64,000 nt of DNA from Eledone cirrhosa (GCA_964016885.1 OZ024742.1:83948001-84012000); one strand, 5' to 3'; counted from the first letter of the stretch, positions 19,399 through 33,491 are shown. Notes: a model not told the origin generated them from the sequence alone. Made by a program: numbers and translations.

Positions 19399-21271
19399 GT
19401 ATGTATGTATGTATGTATGTATGTATGTATGTATGTATGTATGTATGTATGTATGTATGAGAGTGGGACTGGCTTTGTGCAGTGCCTTTGCTCACTATAA
19501 AAGCTTCACGGCACAGGCATTGCTTTATATCTGGAGATCTCTCTGCACTTGTCGTCACATGGTACCATGGGCCCAGCACTATGTGTCAGTAATTGTCACA
19601 AGCGTAGTGTTTGTACCAGAGTTTTCAAGTCGCTGGCTCGACTAAAAAGTCACACTCGTTCAGCGCATCGGTAGGGGTTCTCCTACATGGATATAAAGTA
19701 GTGGCCGTACTCGAAAACGAGTTGGCAGCCACCATATGTATATATATATATGTGTGTGTCCGGGAGAGATGACCCCTTAGCCTTTGTCAAGGCAGAATTC
19801 TAAGAGAAGGAAAACTCTGATATAACACCTGCAACCCTGATGGTATCCAATGATGTTGACTTATTCTTCTTTTTGGTAAATATCATCTTGGTTAAGAGAG
19901 TGGGACTGGCTTTGTGCAGTGCCTTTGCTCACTATAAAAGCTTCACGGCACAGGCATTGCTTTATATCTGGAGATCTCTCTACACTTGTCGTCACATGGT
20001 ACCAAGGGCCCAACACTATGTGTCAATAATTGTCACAGGTGTAGTGTTTGTACCAGAGTTTTCAAGTCGCTGGCTGGACTAAAAGTCACACTTGTTTAGC
20101 GCATCGGTGGGGGTTCTCCTACATGGATATAAAGTAGTGGCCGTACTCGAAAACGAGTTGGCAGCCACCATGTATGTATGTATGTATGTATGTATGTATA
20201 TGTTCTTATGATTTTATAATTTCACAAATTTTTTCCCAATAGAGAGAGAGTCGGTTTCTAACATAGATACAAGACTCTCTCATTGGAATTTACACAACAT
20301 CAACTAGGTAGATTATGTATGCATGCATACATGTGTAGATATGGATGTTATTGTATGTGCGGATGTGTATGTTTTGAGTTGTATGTATGCATGTGTATAT
20401 GCTTTGTATATGTACATGTGTATATGCAGTTATTAGATGCAAAATGTTTGGATTGTTTTACATATTTTTACTGTTCCATTAATGGATTGTACTTGCAATT
20501 TCCTAACTAGTTGTATGTATGTATGTATGTATGTATGTATGTATGTATGTATGTATGTATGTATGTATGTATGTATGTATGTATGTATGTATGTATGCAT
20601 GCATGCATGCATGCATGCATGTATGTATGTATGTATGTATGTATGTATGTATGTATGTATGTATGTATGCATGGATGGATATATATATATATCGTTTTTG
20701 AATTCGTCTTGCATGATTTTTATCTGAAAACGTGTGTTGAAACAAATATTGTTATACTTTGGGCAGGCCATGCTGCCAATAAAAACACACGCACCCGTTG
20801 GTTTTTACTTTAATTTAATACAAATTTCCGGTTGGATGGTTGGTTGGTTCAATAACCGAATGGTTCTTTATTTATTATTAAAGCTCTTTCGTCGCACATT
20901 CTGTGGCCTCATCAGTGACTGATTTGTTATTTTGTGTCTCTCCTTTGTTCTGTCCTACACCATTTATCTAATAAAAGCAAGCAACATATTTTGCAATTCT
21001 TTTACTGTGAAATAAACGATGGATAAATTACAAAGTAATATGATTATAAAATTGTAAAAGTATAAAAACTACACCATTATGAAAACAACAAATTGTGAAG
21101 ACAAATATTAAATATAGAGAACACTATTATGAATATTACGCGAAATATTCATGTCATGTAATATATTGAATACTATTGAATAAAAGACCTTCAAGTGTTA
21201 ATCGTTTTATCCGGCTAACGTGTAGAAAAACATATATTTTGATTATAATTTTCTAATTTGTAACATTATAG

Positions 21272-21313
21272 AAGGATACACTGAAGCCAACCACAATCAA
21301 CAGAGAGGCAAAC
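21272..21313 (+). CDS. 42-bp phase-1/1 exon (QGYTEANHNQQRGK)
   Basis: tttgtaacattatag acceptor and c|gtaagt donor. Keeps frame between 16310 and 22051 and supplies a V-Q-G signal-peptidase site. Confidence 0.65.
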
Positions 21314-22050
21314 GTAAGTATTATCGAAATAGTTCTATTTTTTAAAAAATATTTTCTATCCCATAATGTATGTTATTTTACTGAGAAGGAAAGTCTCATG
21401 TGATTGAATCAATCTGTCCGCCATAGAGGGTATAGCTCTGGAGCACACTGTTTGAGGGAAATAGAAGAGGGAATCATTTAGTGTAGTGTAATTAAAGATC
21501 AACTAAACAGGTATGAAATAATGTACACTGTCTATTAAAAAAAAAAAGATTCAACATTTGAATCTGCGCATTAAGACTATTCAGTATTATATTTAGGTAA
21601 AGAAAACAGTGTATTTGGTCAACAATTCAATGCTAGATGAGCTCCTTCAAATAGCCATTACTAATTAATTCTGCTGCCAACAAGGTGGGAAATGTAACTT
21701 TTAATTGTGTGACAAATTTGAGATATGAGTGTCTGAAAAAGCTATTTAAGGTGTCAGATGTATACATAACATGTGGTTTAATTGATTTGGAAGGCCATAT
21801 ATTTTGAGATAGAATCCTCATTAGCGAGTGGATGACGAGTCAGCGTGATAGCTCGAGATTCTATATCGACACAGATGCCAGGCTGTATTCTAGTAATATA
21901 GAAAACACACATTACTGTTGGTAATGAATAGAACTGTCGAGTCTACCAGCTGTGAAATGAAGGTGACATTGTTATTCTAACGTTACAAAACTATAAATGA
22001 TATGCCAACACAGCAATTTTTTATTATTTCCTTGATTCTATTTTCAAAAG

Positions 22051-22239
22051 AACCTTGCATGTGGCTACCAAATGGTCATACATTTCCCATGGAAAACAAT
22101 TGTGCAGGATACTGGATGTGCGATAATGGAAAGCAGATAGGAAGATGCTGTCTAGCACAGCAATCTTTTGATCTCCGCAAAGGGTGTTTACCAGACTTCC
22201 GTTGTTTCCACAGCTGCCAATCTACACTGGAAACACACA
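22051..22239 (+). CDS. 8-Cys chitin-binding type-2-like domain exon 1 (divergent)
   Basis: 189 bp, ag/gtatgt, phase 1/1. PCMWLPNGHTFPMENNCAGYWMCDNGKQIGRCCLAQQSFDLRKGCLPDFRCFHSC. Confidence 0.85.
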
Positions 22240-23239
22240 GTATGTAAGGTTTATTTATTAAGTAACTATATCAAATGAGAGCAAACCAAAAAATTAAGAT
22301 AATTACTGTAATGATGTACGCATAGAGATGTAATTGTGGGGATTATATAAATATACTTATAAATCGAGAGTGTGACGTAAACATATACACAACCAATATA
22401 AGGCAAATTTCGTTTAGAAATCATAATTAGAAGCACAAAATAAAGTAAGAAACTATGAAGAATATAATAGAACATTCATCCCGGGTGAAAGTGTTTCCTA
22501 TTTTCTTTTTGCAAAATATCAGTATTTATATAAAAAAAAAAGGTCTAACTATTGTACTACATAAATTCGTGACAAAGACTATTGTTCCATTTCTTGAATT
22601 CTGACATAATTTATGATTTGCATTTTAATATAAGAAACGGTTTGCTCCAAATACTATATGTAGATTAAAGTGCTTTTATTACAGTTCGAATGCTTGGAAC
22701 CACATCTGCTTAAGGATATTTATTACACATCGAAATCAATAATCTTTGTTACACTTAATAGGTAATACTGATAAATTCGGCTCAGCTAAACAATCAAGCA
22801 TTGAACTGGTTTCTTAGTAATATCATTATAAATATGTTATATCATAGCCAACTTTGTGTGTTTCCCTTCATGTTCTGTGTCGTTCTTCTGTATATAGAAA
22901 TAAACGTATCCAATGATAGATGGAAAGCTTAGATGTTTTAAATGCATCAGTGCCTGCCATATTTAACAACACTTTTTACAAATATTTTAAACTGATATTC
23001 TGTGAATTATGACAGCCATTGATGTATAATCAAGTCAACTACTAATTACATGTTCTCTGAATAGGAGATGTATAATTAATATAAGATCTCATCAAAATTC
23101 AATATGCGGGTCAGCCAGATAATTCTGTATGTCTTGTATCGCTATACAGTGACAAAAACATCAAACAGACTCACTTGTGCTGCTCTTTTTATGATAAAAC
23201 ATTAAAACAAGGGACATTAGCTTATTTCTGAAGGACACT

Positions 23240-23720
23240 CTAAAGCCATCTTCGGTCAAGACTGACCATGGATGTTATGCCTGTTGCTGTCTGCTCAGCT
23301 GGAGCAAAGTCTCCTGCGGCTAAACAGACCCATGCGTGAGTAACATTTTCTGTCACACAGGTAACATCTATGTATGATCTCTGGTCTGTTGTAGTTACGG
23401 CGCTCCTTTCACTGAGCTCGCTTGTCTGTTGCTGCGGTCATCAACTTCTCCTCCCTCGACTTAACACGTTGATTCAGGGTGCCCCTCCATCTTGTCCGGG
23501 TAGCTGCCAGACCCTACTAAGACTCCGTGTTGATGTCAAGGGCTTTCAGGTTTTTCTTTACAACGTCCTCGTATCGCATCCGACGTCGACTGGTGGATCT
23601 CCTTCCAGATGCCAGCTCTCCGTAAATGATGTCTTTTGAAATGCAGTAGTCCTTCATGCAGTGGATGTGCCCCACCCAGCACAGTCTTCACTTTCAGAGC
23701 AGAGTGAACATGCTGGGAAG
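23240..23720 (-). mobile_element. Degenerate RTE (BovB-like) LINE C-terminal fragment
   Basis: KDIIYGELASGRRSTSRRRMRYEDVVKKNLKALDINTES..RTRWR, with stops. Confidence 0.7.
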
Positions 23721-24019
23721 GCCAGCAAGAATCAGGACTTCCGTGTTGAATACGAAGTTCTATAGATTGAGTAAATTGAATACTCACCATCTGCGAAACG
23801 GAAGAAAGATTCGGTAAATATGAGTAGAAAGCATGCATGGTGGGACATTAGTTCCTGGCGGAAGCTTAGGGGCAGTGTCAGGACATACGGTGCGCCCTGT
23901 ACACATTAAACCTCTCTGCATGTCTGAGCACAACCAATGTTTTCCAGAGAAAGAGAGAGGAAGTGAGAGGTATATAAGAAGAATAGACCGTAGAACCGGA
24001 CTAATAATAGTTTACCAAC

Positions 24020-24135
24020 TTTGAAAGGAAGAAATGGAAATTTGACTTCAGCGAGATTTGAACTCAGAGAGTGCAGAGAGCCAGAACGAATATCAAAAAA
24101 ACATGTCATCCGACGTTCTAACGACTCAGCATTGT
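24020..24135 (-). mobile_element. tRNA-derived SINE head fragment
   Basis: Minus strand gctgagtcgttagaacgtcgg (A box) ... ctgagttcaaatctcgctgaagtcaaattt (B box). Similar to 53019-53210. Confidence 0.55.
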
Positions 24136-24516
24136 CTATGATTAGAATATTCCTGCAATAAAGTGCAAAAACGAAACATAAAAAACAACAATAACAAGAA
24201 CAAATACATTTATTTTCGATGGAAGCCAAATCAAATGTACTTTAAATGATAATATTATTAGTTTCCTATCTAGCAAGAACTTAATTATTGAAGAAGATTG
24301 CATTGTTGATTGAGCTAGATATCACTGGTACAATATGTTTAGAGATTTTATTGACTTAAGAAAATGTTAACGGAAAATTTCACTTAGATACGTTACAACA
24401 CCTTATGGGACAGCAATCTCAATCTGTTTATATTCAGTCATAGTGATTTCTACACATTCTTCAGTATTCTCTTGAAAAAAGTATCATCATTTGTTTTTAT
24501 ATTTTCTTTTCCAAAG

Positions 24517-24714
24517 ATCCTTGCAGAAATATGCCAGACTATACCCAGCTGCCAATGGCTAATAATTGTGCTGGATACTGGTCCTGTCAGAATAGAATCG
24601 CAATAGAGAAGTGTTGTCCACGCGGTCATTCTTTTCAAGAAAGGAGAGGCTGTATCCGTAACCCACGTTGTCAAGATAGGTGCGGGCAGTCAATAACCAG
24701 CCCCACTCCACTAC
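24517..24714 (+). CDS. 8-Cys chitin-binding type-2-like domain exon 2
   Basis: 198 bp, ccaaag/gtatgt, phase 1/1. PCRNMPDYTQLPMANNCAGYWSCQNRIAIEKCCPRGHSFQERRGCIRNPRCQDRCGQSITSPTPL. Confidence 0.88.
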
Positions 24715-24841
24715 GTATGTAATCTTAACATACTCATATACAAACAAACAAACACACACTGACACACACACACACATATATATATGCATATGTATATAAC
24801 TAAATATATATATTTAGTTATATACATATGCATATATATAC

Positions 24842-25019
24842 ATAAGAAAGTAAGTCCATAGAATCATTTGATAAAATATATACAGTATTTCTACTCCCAA
24901 TCAGCATAATTAACCACACAAAAAATCAATTAAACGAGGCTATAAGTTTAAAATGTACCTATGAAGAAACAATAGATAAATATATTTTATCAAATGATTC
25001 TATGGACCTACTTTCTTAT
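24842..25019. repeat. 40-bp inverted repeat pair, preceded by a ~64-bp AT-rich palindrome at 24777-24840
   Basis: ataagaaagtaagtccatagaatcatttgataaaatatat at 24842-24881 and its reverse complement (1 mismatch) at 24980-25019. Confidence 0.85.
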
Positions 25020-25422
25020 ATATTGATCTGATTGTTGATTATTTGATTAATTAATTCGACATTGAGCCACACCGTGAATGGTTGCCAAAAACACACACAT
25101 ATATATATCTATATCTATGGCTCTGTCTAGTTTATGTATATGTAAACCTATATATAAACGGAAAAAATGAAACGAAATTTCATTTCTCACTCTTAGTACG
25201 GCTGTTACTTAAATATAAGTATGTATACGTACATACATATATGTATACAGACGTACAGTAGTATATATATATATATATATACATGCACACATATATTTAT
25301 GTAAGTATGGATTGACCGAACATTTATTATAATGCTCGGTGTGTTTGTAAACAAACATCCCGAATGAAGCCGTACAGTGTCTAGCAACCATCGTTGCTCA
25401 TTTGTTAAACACTGACGAAGGA

Positions 25423-25465
25423 ACGCTGTACTAGTTTCAAGCTTATTAGCTATCGTCAGCAACGT
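25423..25465 (-). ncRNA. Minimal type-I hammerhead ribozyme
   Basis: ACGUUG-CUGACGA-U-AGCU-aaua-AGCU-U-GAAA-CUAG-UA-CAGCGU: intact core, 6-bp stem I, palindromic stem III (ACUAGU), GUA cleavage triplet. Confidence 0.8.
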
Positions 25466-25857
25466 ATACCTTCCTGCCAGATGGTTGAACGTCTGAAAGT
25501 ATATACTTTCCTTATGCATATTAACGGTTGAGCAGCCTAATTTGCATATCGAGTGAGTTAATGGGCCGGGGTACCGAAAACGATAAACGGAAAAACTGAA
25601 ACGAAATTTCATTTCTCACTCTTAGTACGGCTGTTACTTAAATATAAGTATGTATACGTACATACATATACGTATACAGACGTACAGTAGTATGTATATA
25701 TATATATATACATACATGCACATATATATATATATGTACGTATTGATTCAGCGAACATTTATTATAATGCTCGGTGTGTTTGTAAAGAAACATCCCGAAT
25801 TAGGCCATACAGTGTCTAGCAACCATCGTTGCTCATTTGTTCAACACTGACAAAGGA

Positions 25858-25900
25858 ACGCTGTACTAGTTTCAAGCTTATTAGCTATCGTCAGCAACGT
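25858..25900 (-). ncRNA. Minimal type-I hammerhead ribozyme (copy 2)
   Basis: Identical 43-nt motif. Confidence 0.8.
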
Positions 25901-26285
25901 ATACCTTCCTGCCAGATGGTTGAACGTCTGAAAGTATATATTTTCTTATGCATATTAATGGCTGAGCAGCCTAATTTGCATATCGAGTGAGTTAATCGGC
26001 CGGGGTACCGAAAACGATAAACGGAAAAAATGAAACGAAATTTCATTTCTCACTCTTCGTACAGCTGTTACTTAAATATAAGTATGTATACGTACATACA
26101 TATACGTATACAGACGTACAGTAGTATGTATATATATATATACATACATGCACACATATATATATGTACGTATGGATTGACCGAACATTTATTATAATGC
26201 TCGGTGTGTTTGTAAACAAACATCCCGAATTAAGCCGTAGTGTCCAGCAACCATCGTTGCTCCTTTGTTCAACACTGACAAAGGA

Positions 26286-26328
26286 ACGCTGTACTAGTTT
26301 CAAGCTTATTAGCTATCGTCAGCAACGT
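26286..26328 (-). ncRNA. Minimal type-I hammerhead ribozyme (copy 3)
   Basis: Identical 43-nt motif. Confidence 0.8.
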
Positions 26329-26470
26329 ATACCTTCCTGCCAGATGGTTGAACGTCTGAAAGTATATACTTTCCTTATGCATATTAATTCGGGATGTTTG
26401 TTTACAAACACACCGAGCATTATAATAAATGTTCGGTGAATCCATTCGTACATATATATATGTGTGCATG

Positions 26471-26554
<84 letters not shown>

Positions 26555-26782
26555 CTACTGTACGTCTGTATACGTATATGTATGTATGTATGTATACATA
26601 TTTATATTTAAGTAACAGCCGTACTAAGAGTGAGAAATGAAATTTCGTTTCATTTTTCCGTTTATCGTTTTCGGTACCCCGGCCGATTAACTCACTCGAT
26701 ACGTAAATTAAGCTGCTCAGCCATTAATATGCATAAGGAAAGTATATACTTTCAGACGTTCAACCATCTGGCAGAAAGGTAT

Positions 26783-26825
26783 ACGTTGCTGACGATAGCT
26801 AATAAGCTTGAAACTAGTACAGCGT
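26783..26825 (+). ncRNA. Minimal type-I hammerhead ribozyme (copy 4, sense to host gene)
   Basis: acgttg ctgacga tagctaataagctt gaaa ctagta cagcgt, read directly on the + strand. Confidence 0.8.
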
Positions 26826-28537
26826 TCCTTTGTCAGTATTGAACAAATGAGCAACGATGGTTGCTAGACACTGTACGGCTTAATTCGGGATGTTTGTTTA
26901 CAAACACACCGAGCATTATAATAAATGTTCGGTGAATCCATACGTACATATATATATGTGTGCATGTATGTATATATATACATACTACTGTACGTCTGTA
27001 TACGTATATGTATGTACGTATACATACTTATATTTAACCTATATATATATATATATATATATCGCCACCAATGAATGCGAGAAAGTTCTCTAATAAAGTT
27101 AACCAGGAATCTTTAAAATTCTTTCCACCGAAGTTAACAAAGAACTTACTAGATCTACCAACTCAAATTATTATGATATTATAAAATTAAATCAAATTAT
27201 TTAGAACTACAAGTGAAGTCATTCTTTTCCTTTTTTTCAAATATACCTAACTGTACCAAGGATCTCACTTTTTCCAATACATATATATATTCACGTACAT
27301 ATATAGTCTATTATATATGGTAATGTCGCACATTGTGATATAGTGAGTTGAAAAATATCGATGATATGAAATTAACTATATAATTACGAAACAAACTCTC
27401 TCTGGGTTTGTTTAAAATGTAAATACAAGAACAAATTGTTGAAACTTTTGAATTTCTAGATAATACAATTTAGAAATGAATAAGATTTTCAAGCCAATTG
27501 GCAAAAATAAAGATGTTTTTGCCGAACTAAAATTCTTCAACGAAGCATATTCTACATAATTGTCAAGATGAAGAGCAATCAATATATAGCAGGAATGTGT
27601 ATTGACAATATTCAAAGAGAAAATACCTTAAAAATGTGTGCTGCATACTATATAAAAAATACGATAAGATACAGTACAGTAGTGCTTCGTTTTACACAGG
27701 GACGTACTAATTGAAGAAGCATTCACTAGAGAAGCTGAAAGATATTCTAAATAATATGTGAATAGAAAATCTGCGAAAACTTTGGGATGTCTAATATTAG
27801 GATGTCTATTTTATTATTTTCTTTTTTTTGTATGTGCAATATTTGACCTGGTAGTAATGTCATATACTAAATTGGAAAAAGAAGCAGTAATGACATTCTG
27901 GGACGTTATTCAGTATTGCAAGACTGAGTTTGTAAATATTGAGACGTTGATAGATTATTTATGACTTAACTTGGGAATGATGGAGTCTAAAATAATCCAA
28001 TGAGAACATGAGAAGGAAATTCTATTGATTTACAGGAAAACTCATCATTGGTGAAACGGTGGGGGATCAATTAATTAGGTTTAGAATATTCATGTCTGTA
28101 TGCGGAACTAACGTGCATGTAACTGAGCATTTCGCAGAAACGGTCACCCTTAACGTTGTTAAGGGATCCAGCATGAGACAATATGTTAGAAGGCTTACTG
28201 AGTGGATTAAAGCAGCGCAAAATACAGTGTCTTACTCAAAGACACAACGTGCCGCCTGGGCCCGGAATGGAATTCACGAACTTACAACTGTGAACCGAGT
28301 ACCCTTACCACGACGCATCTTCACTCACACACACAGACAAACGCACACACACACAAACACACGCATATATATACATAGAATGACAAGCATTAAACTATTA
28401 TTCACTGTGAACTGTTTAACGCATAACTAGATTTAACGACAATAACATATATTGCAGATTGCTAAAAAACACGCCTGTATATTAATTGTAGCAATATTGT
28501 GACTGTATACACACACACACGCACACGCACACGCACG

Positions 28538-28623
<86 letters not shown>

Positions 28624-28780
28624 AAAGGGTTTAGATGAGTTGATAATACAACCATATAAAGTCAAAGAACATTTCAAAGCTCAATGTGATTTTATTGACT
28701 ACAGCAAGATAGGTAAGAGACTTCAGAGTTTAATCTAATCAGAAAAATTAATTCAAAGTAGTTTTTCAATATTTCAGAGC

Positions 28781-29232
<452 letters not shown>

Positions 29233-29304
29233 GATATTTACTCCGTCACTCCTATGTGGAAAAAGTACGTTGAGTGCTTGATTTGAATTGCATCAATGTT
29301 TACC

Positions 29305-29379
<75 letters not shown>

Positions 29380-29394
29380 ATATATATATATTTA

Positions 29395-29555
<161 letters not shown>

Positions 29556-29562
29556 GTCTATA

Positions 29563-30960
29563 GACGAGAGAGCCCAAATTTTCCACTCACACTATGCTAA
29601 ACCCATGGCCTCCAAATACCTGATACTCAAAAACTCACCAATGTCCAGTCGTGCTAAGTTTAATATTCTGATCGCAGTGATGAAGAACGTGTCCCGCATG
29701 TGCGACCCAACAGAAATGGAAAGACACATCCAACACTTCATCAACCGCATCCAGTTCTCTGGCTACAACCAAAGAGACAGAGTCACAGTATACGAAGGAG
29801 CCACGGAGAAGTATAAGAACCTCATAGAACTGGACATGAAAAGAATTTGCCCATTATACAGGAGCAAATCATGGAATAGCTTAGATAGGGCTAGACATAA
29901 GATAGGGAAAGCCACCTCATGGTACGACAACCAGAGATACCAGAGTGTCATGTTTGTGGACGCTACACCTGGAGGGAAATTAGCTAACCAGTGTAGAAAG
30001 ACCCTGAGAAAGACCCACTTAAAGATTAAGGTGGTAGAAAAGCCAGGAACCACCATCAAATCCCTGATCAGCAAAACCTACCCTTTTAAGAATACCCACT
30101 GTACTAATAGGAAATGTATCATATGTAAGGTAAACCCCCGGATAAACTGTAAAACTAGAAACGTAGTCTGTAGCATAAGATGTACAGAGGGTACTTGCAG
30201 AAACATGACAACAACATACATAGGCGAGACAGCTCGTAGCATAGGTGAAAGGATAGACCAACACTGGGGGGGAACTAAAAGGACGAAAAAACTGTTCAGT
30301 ACTATACGAACATGCCAGACAACAACACGACGGTAACATAGACAACATAGAAATTAGAATAATATCTAAACATAGAAATAACCCAGCAGATAGGCAAATC
30401 AGAGAGGCCAGTGAAATAGAACTTAGAAGGCCAAGACTAAAGAGAAAGAATGAATGAATAACAACAACACCCAAACAAAAAACACTGACCTAAGAGAAGT
30501 ATAAATAAATATATAAATAAATATATAAATACATACACAAGCACAATAACAACAAACACATATAAACACACACTAGTAAACATAGAATACATTAACCAAT
30601 ACACAGTCACCCAATCACGAACACATATCAAACAAAACACTATACACACACGCAAACGCAAAGAAGACAAAATATAATAAACAAATAAATAAATATATAA
30701 ACAGACTAAATAAAGATGGCGTAGAAAATACAATGCAACGGGAGGAAACAATAGCACCACTGCACTGACGTTGTTGCAGATGTGCAACGAAAGTACTTTG
30801 ATAGACTATACATATGTGTTTGTGTCTATATTGTATATGTATTATTTTTGACCGTAGGTCAGTCAATGGCAACATTGAGGACCGAATAAATTAGATTACC
30901 GATATAAAAGACACAGAAGCGAAAACCAACCAAACAATGAGTGTGTTCTGTTATTAATTC
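29563..30960 (+). mobile_element. 5'-truncated Penelope-like element: RT thumb, GIY-YIG endonuclease and 3' region
   Basis: HYAKPMASKYLI, SVMFVDATPGGKLA and CTNRKCIIC..CKTRNVVCSIRC..TYIGETARSIGERIDQH. Degenerate hammerhead-like motif at 30761-30803 (ctgacg.tgttgca gatg tgcaac gaaagtact). Confidence 0.85.
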
Positions 30961-31050
30961 TGGCAATATTACACAAATATGACCCTCCCCAAGTATAACT
31001 ATATCTATATATATATCTATATATATAAATTCATATATATATACACGAGA

Positions 31051-31164
<114 letters not shown>

Positions 31165-31349
31165 TACCAAAGATGTATAGAATAAAATATAGATAGATAT
31201 AAAAAGAAGTTTGTGCGTCGATAGGACGGCGTGTGAAATAATCACAATCATATTTCAAGGAGGGCACGTACAATAACACAACATACTACATATATTCAGG
31301 TTTAGTCATAAATAACTGTGCAGTCAAGATATCGGGAACTCTGCTTCAT

Positions 31350-31864
31350 GTCTGGTTGAGCCGTTCTTTTTCGAAGGAACTACTGTGACAAGAAATAATT
31401 ATGTGGCCATGTTCAACAATGATTTACTGCCAAGTTTCACAACATTATCACATACTTGTGAGATGTAGTTCCATCAAGACGACGCACTTCTTCATTACAG
31501 CATTATTGTGCGTAACTGGATGGAGATATACGTCCCACGCAGATGGATCAAACGCCGTGGTTTTATCTAGTATCCTCCTTAAACTTCTGATCTTACACCT
31601 TTTGACGTTATTCTTTGAGGTCTATTGAAGTATTCAGTTTACGCTGAAATATCGTGAATTATACAGTAGATTAAAGCAAGGACAGTGAATTCTTGTGCAT
31701 AAATCAATGTCGACTTTTGTCGACGTGTAGGAATTCTTTTCATGAAAAAGGTTCAAAATGTACTGCGGAGTGGAGTTATCTTTTCGAACACTTTGGTTAT
31801 ATTTTTTTCTAATTACTTTAGTTCGATGTATTTATAAATTTATAATTTCCTTCTGTAACACCTG
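31350..31864 (+). mobile_element. Tc1/mariner-superfamily transposase relic with 3' TIR end
   Basis: FFEGTTVTRNNYVAMF..FHQDDALLHY..VRNWMEIYVPRRWIKRRG..YPP*TSDLTPL (compare FQQDGAPPH / WPPRSPDLTP). Ends ...taacacctg|ta. Confidence 0.75.
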
Positions 31865-31992
31865 TATTTTCGTAAATAATATCATTTGTAACGCCCCATT
31901 GTAAAGCAATATCCCACTCTCCATATTATATGTAGTTATAGAGATATTTAGAACATTCTTCATTATATATGTCTATATTCTATTTTCTAAAG

Positions 31993-32190
31993 ATCGTTGC
32001 AGAAATATGCCAGATCATACTGAGCTCCCAATGGATGATAATTGTGCTGGTTACTGGACATGTTATAATGGAGTCGCAACTAAGGGCTGTTGTCGTCGTG
32101 GTCAATCTTTTAGAAAAAGGAGAGGTTGTATCCGAGATCGAAGTTGTCGAGATAGGTGTCGAGAGCCAGTCACACCACCCAGTCCAGAAA
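31993..32190 (+). CDS. Chitin-binding-like domain exon 3 (array unit 1)
   Basis: 198 bp, ctaaag/gtaggt, phase 1/1. RCRNMPDHTELPMDDNCAGYWTCYNGVATKGCCRRGQSFRKRRGCIRDRSCRDRCREPVTPPSPE. Confidence 0.85.
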
Positions 32191-32274
32191 GTAGGTGTAC
32201 TCTTTCTTTTTTTTATACATTTACGTATAGCCCCCCCCCCCCCCCCCCACACACACACCAACTATATATATATA

Positions 32275-32785
32275 TGGTGGCTGCAAACTCTTCTAGGAGT
32301 ATTGGAATCGCTTGAAGATTATAGAGTTGGGTGCACTTTTAGGTTGCAGCCAGCCACACGATCCTGTAACATATCTTGAACAAGCAATGCCTGTGCTTTC
32401 AATGTTTTTAAGTGGGCAAATGCCTTGCAACTCAACCAATCCTACTTATTGAGCATCGAAAACAATACCTGAAAAGGGGAACCGGTCAACATCATCGGAT
32501 GTCCCCGATGCCGCAGGTGTTTCTTTCAGTGTTTCCCTCTCCTAGAAAGGTGTTGGGACAACTGGGGGCCTTTCAGGCCCATGTGAAAAAAGAGTACTAT
32601 TTGGATAGCCGTTGACTCCTGAGTTCCCCCGTCCTTCGCCGGGTCTTGTATTTCATCCCGCAGGGTGTCCAAATATCCTCCTCCTCACCAAACAAGCTTG
32701 CTGGGGTTGCAGGTTTAATCGCCGAAGACCTGGCCATGAAACAGGTTGTACTGGGTTAGATGTTACCAGTAGCACTCGAGAGTGA
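32275..32785 (-). mobile_element. Non-autonomous RTE-related element in the intron; repeated after array exons 3-9, with an internally deleted copy after exon 10
   Basis: 5' part is homologous to 17904-18000 (gctactggtaacat..cccagtacaacctg). The 3' end ..tactc..gagtttgcagccaccat resembles the one at ~18470. It sits between TA and CA microsatellites. Confidence 0.65.
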
Positions 32786-33491
32786 CATACACACACACAC
32801 ACATATATAATTATATATACATACATACACACACACACATATATATATATATATAAATGCTCACAGGTACAAAACGTACACACACACACAAACATATATG
32901 TTTATATTATCAAGGATACATAGGGTAAATAAAAAAAAAAGGTAAAACAAAAGTGATTGTACAGGAATGTGATATCGTGCGCAATAAACATAATATAACC
33001 TCATGTTTGGAGCATAAATACATATAAAATGTATAAAAACATATAAATACATATACAATGTACAACAAAATCACACTATGTATATTATATGCAGTTATAG
33101 AGATCTTTACACATTATTCTCTATCAGTATATATTTCTATATTGTTATTCCAAAGAACGTACGTAAGGCAGCATATGGTTGGCTATGCGTTCATATGGGT
33201 GCATGCCCGTGTATAAAAGCGTCTTAGCACTTCATGTATGTACAATGACTGTAAAAGAAAAGGATGGAATTATACGTGTGAATTATTAGTATAATCTTGA
33301 ATGAAACGACAGAAATATTTACTCGGTTTCGTCGGAATACTCAGCAGAATATGTGTGGTAAAAGTTAAGTTACATTTAGGTACATTTCAACTGACCGTTG
33401 TACAGAGATATCTCACTCTCCATATTATATGTAGTTATAGAGATATTTAGAACATTCTTCATTATATATGTCTATATTCTATTTTCTAAAG

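Larger units (their letters stand above)
25155..27037. repeat. ~430-bp tandem repeat (3 direct units plus an inverted block) carrying hammerhead ribozymes
   Basis: Units start at 25155, 25584 and 26018. Orientation flips at ~26386 and the inverted block runs 26385-27037. Confidence 0.95.

Noticed and set aside
20880-20920. Functional hammerhead on the - strand (CTGATGA..GAAAGAGCT)
   Set aside because: The core is present but stem I does not pair, so it was treated as a decayed remnant.
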